The notes under the pieces are model-generated. The model saw only the letters and a list, made by a program, of their open reading frames with translations, did no database searches and was not told the DNA's origin. Shown here piece by piece: positions 53,147 through 64,000 of a DNA stretch of 64,000 bases. How positions within the stretch are numbered: the first letter of the stretch is position 1; each line of letters starts with the position of its first letter. This DNA is from Eledone cirrhosa. Taxonomy: Eukaryota. The stretch covers positions 116,002,001 through 116,066,000 of the forward strand of contig OZ024741.1 in NCBI GenBank assembly GCA_964016885.1, in the 5' to 3' direction. The position numbers were made by a program, and so were the translations under genes.

Positions 53147-53889
53147 ATGCATCATTGATACACTTACTCAAAATGACCTCCCACTACCTAATTTTTCTAT
53201 ATCTATATTTATATATGTATCTATCTCTATTTCCTCTCTCTCTCTCTATATATATATATCTCTTTCGGTCTCTTTACATGAAGCTCTTCGCTTTATCTAT
53301 TTTTCCATCTCTCTATTTTGTCCCATGCATTTCTTCTTTTTCTTCTTTTTCTTCCTTTTCTTCGTTTTGTCTTTCTTTCTTTCTTATTTCCCTCTTTTCT
53401 CTCTCTCTTTCTTTCTCTCTGTATTTTCACTGCTAGAGTGAACCTCTTCAAATGAAGTTGATGTTTATTACGGTATGTCGAATATATTTATCTATAAAAC
53501 TGTTTATATTGTATTTTGTCTGATGAAGGCATAGCATATTGTTAATATGATATCCCCGAAATATATATAATGAAATAAATATGGTTTTATAAATATAGTT
53601 TTCCATTTATTTAATATTGTAAATATACTCCAAGTATTTGTCGAGTGCTTTTATATCAGTTATAAATATTTACTAGTTGTAACCCAACAATTTTAAATAT
53701 AACTTTACATATATATATATATATGCACACACGTACATACATCCATACATATGTATATGGGAACAACTGATACTTGGTTCGATACGCGTAGGTGGTTGGC
53801 TTAATTTTATTCGCGTGTATTCTTTAAGTTTATCATAGGTGTGTGTGTGTGTTTGAGATAGTTCGAGTCATTACGCAATATGAATATAT

Positions 53890-54596
53890 CCATTGAGTGC
53901 TTAGCTACACACCGAAACTGCATTCGTTAGCTTGGCTGCTACCAAAAGCTTCGTTGAAGCTGTACCAAAATTTGTATTATTAACTCCTAGAATTAACGAT
54001 TCATTTATTAATTTAATTAGACAATTCTATTGATTGATTAATTGTTTATGTTTGTTTGATAACTTCTAGTTGAGTGCTTAATTCGGTTTGTGTAAGGGAA
54101 TTTTATTCCTCTGTTCCAAATTTTGAATTGACCACCTTTTGGGAGAACCATGTGCCTCTGCGGTGTTTACTGCCAGAACGCACACCCGTGAGGAACAGAA
54201 CGAAAAACTTGTTGACGAAGTAAATTCCTTTATTCTGTCGTCAAAAGCCATTAACTTACAGACTCCTGCAAGTGGATTTTGTTGATTTCGGATTTACAGA
54301 AACCTAGCGGAGATGTTATATGTTGTATGTGATGTATATTGTATGGTATACATTATGTGTTGCATGTGTCTACGCGATGGTCCAGGTTAGTCAAACATTT
54401 TTCCTGAGTTCAGTATTTTTCGTCGCTATGGTTTCTGCGGCCCGTCTATCGGTCGCTGTATTTGATTTTCAAAGCTTTCTAAACTTAATGTTATAGCTCT
54501 GGGGTAATATTCTCCATTGAGTGCTTAGCTGCAAACCGAAACTGCATTCGTTAGCTTGACTGCTACCAAAAGCTTCGGTGATGCTGTACTAAAATT

Positions 54597-54600
<4 letters not shown>
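53890..54600 (+). repeat. About 87-bp direct repeats 624 bp apart (53890-53976 and 54514-54600), ending at (TA)n
   Basis: The sequence ccattgagtgcttagct...ccgaaactgcattcgttagc...aaaatttgta occurs twice. Confidence 0.75.
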
Positions 54601-54635
<35 letters not shown>

Positions 54636-55024
54636 CACATATATATATGTGGTATTTATTAATGTGTGTATGTGTTTATGTGTAATTTCTAAAGTAGTAT
54701 AAACTATAAAGCCACTCTCATACTCAATATTAAAAATTAAAAATGAATACATAATTAAATATTATATCATTGCCCTCGCACACACTAGAAATTCTTTTCG
54801 CTACCTTGTAAAAGGTCTGATTGCCCCAAATAATATCACTCTATTTTAAACACCGAAATTACTGTTATTTTTAATATATTCTTGTGCAGACCTACAAATG
54901 TATTCAACGGATTCTGGATCACATATTGTAATTTATAATTTCAGTGGTGTTTCAGCATTTTGGATGATTATTAATGGAGATAATTAAAGTTTCTTTGTTT
55001 TTAGAACAGTAATATATTCTCAAA

Positions 55025-55395
55025 TAGGTACACGCGTGGTTTGGCTAAAGGGTTTGCTTTGAATGTTTCCGTTTCAGTCTCAACGTGTGGTACCATGGGA
55101 AAGTGTTTCTAATATAGCCTCCATTTAACCTATGTCCAGTGAGTGAAATTTGGTAGACGGAAACTGTGTGGAAGCCCGTCATGAATATATATCAATATAT
55201 AAATAGATACATAGATATGTATGTGTGTTTACTATTTATGGCTCGACGAAAGACATCGATTAAATAAGTACTAGACTGTAAGAATACTAAAAAAATAAAT
55301 AAGTTCTGGGGTCGATACGATCGACTAAATCTATTCAATTAAAGATGGTGTCCCAGCCTGATAGAATATTAATGATTGAAACAAGTAAAATAATA
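55025..55395 (+). mobile_element. Degenerate SINE
   Basis: It contains gtgagtgaaatttggtagacggaaactgtgtggaagcccgtc and the tail ctggggtcgat..tcgactaa...gaaacaagtaaaa. Confidence 0.55.
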
Positions 55396-55759
55396 AAATA
55401 AGAAATGATATATATTTCTAAGTAAAATAGTAGGAAACCAGTATTACACGATAAGAAGATATCATAAAAGAAATTTCAGCTGTTAATAGGAAAACATTAT
55501 AGTTAGTATATTTATGTATACAAGGAAATGTGTTGTTACAAATGATCGTTATAAAAAATATACAATTACAGAAAGGTAATATACTTTATACAGAAGTATA
55601 GCCGTAGGTATCGTTCATATTGAAAACTTGAATTGTACTTATACTGACTAACTTATTCACTGGCGAACTTATTTGAAAAAGGCAAATAAAGCTATGTACA
55701 TGTATGTATATATATAGACACACACACACAAATCTGTATATGGACATCTATGTGAGAGA

Positions 55760-56030
55760 GAACCAATTGCGAGTGGCCCGGAATGTAGGAAATATTCTCG
55801 GAGAAGCCGCAATTGTGTTTGGATACATTATAGTAGGGGGCTGCCCTATCAAAAATATCTTGGTTAGAAAAGAAGCTAGAGATCCGCTTGCTAATATTCT
55901 TAACTAAATTTTTGAAGACTATAGGGTGTAGCACAAGTTCTTATGTATCTATCTAATGTTTTTGCTGGGCTTATAGCAGGGTTTATGTGTGTCTACATAG
56001 GTTTAAGTTGAGGCTTAAGCTGTTAACACT
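55760..56030 (-). pseudogene. Degenerate Naiad-type PLE RT/thumb fragment
   Basis: HPIVFKNLVKNISKRISSFFSNQDIFDRAAPYYN is homologous to HPRSVKNTIVNSVQKRISRISSNRKIFDEKAQYYN in the 49735 ORF. Confidence 0.75.
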
Positions 56031-56337
56031 AATGAGTTTGATAGCTACAGTTCCACAAAAGCAGTGATTAGATCTTTCCTAAAAGTCGTAGCCATAGTTA
56101 TGGTTCGTAAGGGTCAGACAATCTTCATGGTATAAACCCGTCTGGAAATCCAAGAATTTCCTCCGTGGGGTATCCAGGATAAAGAGCCCAACCAAATTAC
56201 AATTATCCACGCTGTAATACGATCACTTAGTAGTCGTATATCGCGGATTTCTTTATTCGCCCCAAGGACTTGAGCTGCTCTATACCACGGATATTTTACT
56301 TACCTGTTACTACTACTACTATATATATATATATATA

Positions 56338-56490
56338 TAGGAAAAAGTTAAACGCCGACGGCAGAGCTCAAGCGGTTTCGACTACTGAGTCCAGAAATAA
56401 CCGTCGAAACGGCTTCAGCTCTGCTGTCCGTCGGGGTTAAACATTTTCCTATTACCCACTCTACTACCCTAAGTATTGAGTACTCTAGTG
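56338..56490 (+). mobile_element. Short palindromic PLE-type insert with a 3' hairpin
   Basis: The arms are 56338-56384 and 56403-56451, followed by ACTC-tactaccctaagtatt-GAGTACTCT. Confidence 0.55.
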
Positions 56491-56496
56491 CGTTAT

Positions 56497-59828
<3,332 letters not shown>

Positions 59829-59953
59829 ATATATATGTATCTTTATATGTATAGTATATATATATATATATGTATGTATATATATATATATATATGCATG
59901 TATATACATATATGTATGTATATACATATATGTATGTATATATATATGTATGT

Positions 59954-59989
<36 letters not shown>

Positions 59990-60000
59990 GTATATATATG

Positions 60001-60058
<58 letters not shown>

Positions 60059-61508
60059 ATTAATTATACTATTTATGGTTATGTAAATACAAAAACCTTT
60101 TGCAGTTATATATTTTTTTTCATACAAACCCTAAATAGTGCTAATCAGTAATATATTACTACCTTATTACCAGTAAGTTAAGTAGCTCAATGTAAAAACA
60201 TCAGATGATTTACAGAGCAGTTATATGAAATATAACAATGAAAGAACTGTTCAAAACATTTTTATGCTTACATCTGTTTCCTCCAAACCGAGGTTTGGAT
60301 ATCTTCGGAGCAATTTATTAATGAATTAACACTTATATGACCTCCTTTTCACCCAAGAGACATACAGATACATATGCAAATATTGTGGGTCAACATTCAT
60401 TACAGCATTTAGAGTGGCAGTACACACTTAGAGATTACATTCATATTAAAAGATACAATCAAAAATACAGGTTAAAATACAACATGAAAATAAGCGGTTA
60501 TATAGTGCAAATGTTATATGTGTGGCAAGCACGTGCGTCTTGTTTATATAGTGTGGCAGAGAGTTACGTGTAGTAGAAGCACTTAGGTAGGTAAACAAGA
60601 GTGTTAGGTTGGTTGATCTGGTGGCAAATTCTTTATATGATTGTTATAGTCTGTGTGTGGAGAAATGATATAAGCATTAAAAATAGTGCAAGCATTAAGA
60701 ATATTAAAAATATTAAAAATATTTAAAATATTGGAAATGCATAGCGAAGGGATGTTATGGACTTCATGTACTTCGACATTTTCATAGTCAGGGGAGTGTA
60801 TTTTTCAGATTATATGCCCCTCGCATAATCCACGACAATTCGATATTGAGCGTTTGACAATCCAGTTAGAGAATCGTAGTCTGATGTTCTTTAGTTCAAT
60901 ACAGGAGGATGTTACGTTTCGAGAATCGACATTGAAATAGTACCCGGAAGTGTGTGTGTGGCTAAGGGGAGTTAATGCTTGAGGGGAGGTAACTCCGAGG
61001 TTTCTATTACTAACTATTGAAATGTGTCTCAAAATAGACCCTAATTTCTATGGTTATGCGCAACTTCTAAAAAAATTTCTAAAGCGTAAAGTGTTTTAAC
61101 TATAGAGTAGTCTATTAAGTTGTGCTGAAGGTGTTCGTATTATTATAGTGAATTGACCCGCATCGTAGAGTGCCACAAATGAATATTATAGACGACGAGC
61201 GAGGATTCTAAATTAATGATCTTTGTGGTTGTAGTCTACTCATAGGACCAGGCGCGGTGATTGCAGAATCACTTCAACACACAATGATCTCTGGTAAGCT
61301 CTGGGTCATCGCTTGCTACATTGGATGTCGAAAGATAATCATCACCAGGGCCGACCAGAGGTCAATCCGCAGTCCTCATGACCCCACTCTGACCATCAAA
61401 TCATCCATATATGTACAACCCGTACGCCAATTGCAATATATTCATTCTCTGCACTCAGCGTATCGGTCATACTGCTCAACAGCGTTACTAGATTAAATCG
61501 TTTTTCAT

Positions 61509-61708
61509 NNNNNNNNNNNNNNNNNNNNNNNNNNNNNNNNNNNNNNNNNNNNNNNNNNNNNNNNNNNNNNNNNNNNNNNNNNNNNNNNNNNNNNNNNNNN
61601 NNNNNNNNNNNNNNNNNNNNNNNNNNNNNNNNNNNNNNNNNNNNNNNNNNNNNNNNNNNNNNNNNNNNNNNNNNNNNNNNNNNNNNNNNNNNNNNNNNNN
61701 NNNNNNNN
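61509..61708. other. Assembly gap (200 N)
   Basis: Run of N. Confidence 1.
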
Positions 61709-62286
61709 TCCTGTGTAAGTATGTACGCATGCATACGCTTTTGTCTGTACGTATTGCGTGTATATATATATTTTCTTATAGATATATGTTTTATAGATAT
61801 ATGTGTATGTACGCGTGTATCTTCTTTTCTTCTCTTTCCCTTCTCTAGTGTTAATTGACTACTTTCTCTTTCTTTTTTGCTTTCTCACATATTGTTTAAT
61901 TTTTATACATATATCGAGAATAACACTTTCTTTCAACTATTACACTCCCTTCCCCTTTATCTTCCGCATATAAGTATCTAAAACCTGCGTCTGGATTTGT
62001 GTCAACTAGATTATAATCTGTATTTGTGGTTACATATACACAAATATACTTGCCCTCATATATGTACTTACGCACACATTTTCACCATACACACGCATTT
62101 GTACATACATACATATGTACATTTGTTAGTGTATATACATACATATACACACACCTAACTATATTTCCTTATATTTTTTTAATATATTTTATATGTCTAT
62201 TGCATTACCTTTATTTATTTATATATATATATATTTATTTGTATTTCTTGAGGAGACTTTCCAAATATTTCACTATGTTTTATATT

Positions 62287-62358
62287 GCCTTGTCCGACGA
62301 ACGAATGAGGACGTTTCTTTCGTATTCGTCTTATTCGAGAAACCTCTGGTAATGAGGT
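62287..62358 (+). ncRNA. Hammerhead-like motif (variant core) in a PLE-type 3' end at about 61710-62460
   Basis: It reads gccttgt-CCGACGA-a-cgaatgaggacg...cgtcttattcg-a-GAAA-c-ctctg-g-TA-atgaggt, followed by tacatagagcactct and (TA)n. Confidence 0.65.
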
Positions 62359-62461
62359 AATTATATTGTATTGTTTATTATACATTAAATTTTGGTCTGG
62401 TACTTACATAGAGCACTCTTCACTCCTATGACTTTTTCAATTCCAACGGAAACTTCAATAC

Positions 62462-62545
<84 letters not shown>

Positions 62546-62945
62546 GTATATAAAAACAAATAACGAAACGAAATTAAACTTCGTTTCGTTTGTAACTCAC
62601 TTTTGTATGACTGACGCTTAAACAATTAAGTTAAAGATGTACATCCATATATGTATACTGAAATACTAGTATGTATATGAATACACACACGTATACATAT
62701 GTAGATGTACCAAGTTTTTTCACTGGTCACTTTACTGTGAGTGGCCAGCTATTCTGTATGTAAACACACAGACAAACCGGTTTTTAGAGTCATACTGGTT
62801 TTTGAGGAAACACCTTTCCTCTATTCTCCAGAAAGCCAGACAAGGAATATTGAACTAGTTTCGTTGTTGTTACAACTCATCAGCAATATTTACCTATCTT
62901 CCGGCCTCTCTAGAGAATCGTAAAAGCACATCTTTAACTTAATTG

Positions 62946-64000
<1,055 letters not shown>

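Larger units (their letters stand above)
48281..53710 (+). mobile_element. Young Penelope-like element (Naiad-type) with tandem pLTRs and an inverted 5' pLTR copy
   Basis: The direct repeats 48891-49688 and 52912-53710 are almost identical. Segment 48281-48892 is the reverse complement of about 48987-49599. An RT+GIY-YIG ORF lies between the pLTRs, and the element sits in (TA)/(CA) microsatellite. Confidence 0.93.

Noticed and set aside
48465-53436. Three copies of a 93-aa hydrophobic ORF (MIHLLKMTSH...)
   Set aside because: It is a low-complexity pyrimidine tract of the pLTR with a non-ATG start, repeated only because the pLTR is repeated.
48891-53710. LTR retrotransposon
   Set aside because: The repeats lack TG..CA ends and there is no gag or integrase. 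The RT+GIY-YIG ORF and the hammerhead identify them as PLE pseudo-LTRs.

Overview
This 64-kb window is AT-rich eukaryotic DNA made almost entirely of repeats, and I found no recognisable host gene. The SINE fragments and the very long (TA)n tracts suggest a cephalopod such as octopus, which is an inference. From 1 to 22 kb there is a pile-up of non-LTR retrotransposons separated by (TTA)n spacers: three Tx1/L1-clade copies and four R4/Dong-type RLE copies. From 22 to 37 kb there is a decayed RTE LINE, mariner remnants, SINEs and a nested cluster of non-autonomous Helitrons. From 39 to 64 kb there are large compound (TA)n arrays with embedded Penelope-like elements (PLEs). One of these is a very young, nearly intact Naiad-type RT+GIY-YIG element with direct and inverted pseudo-LTRs. 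Many short non-coding PLE-type inserts carry minimal type-I hammerhead ribozyme motifs, fold-back inverted repeats and a shared 3' hairpin motif. The most interesting signals are the (TTA)n-specific, strand-polarised Tx1/Dong array, a 485-nt retrozyme-like hammerhead monomer, the conserved PLE 3' hairpin, and an inverted duplication that extends into the microsatellite itself. There is a 200-N gap at 61509-61708. Boundaries were read by eye and are approximate unless a junction is quoted.
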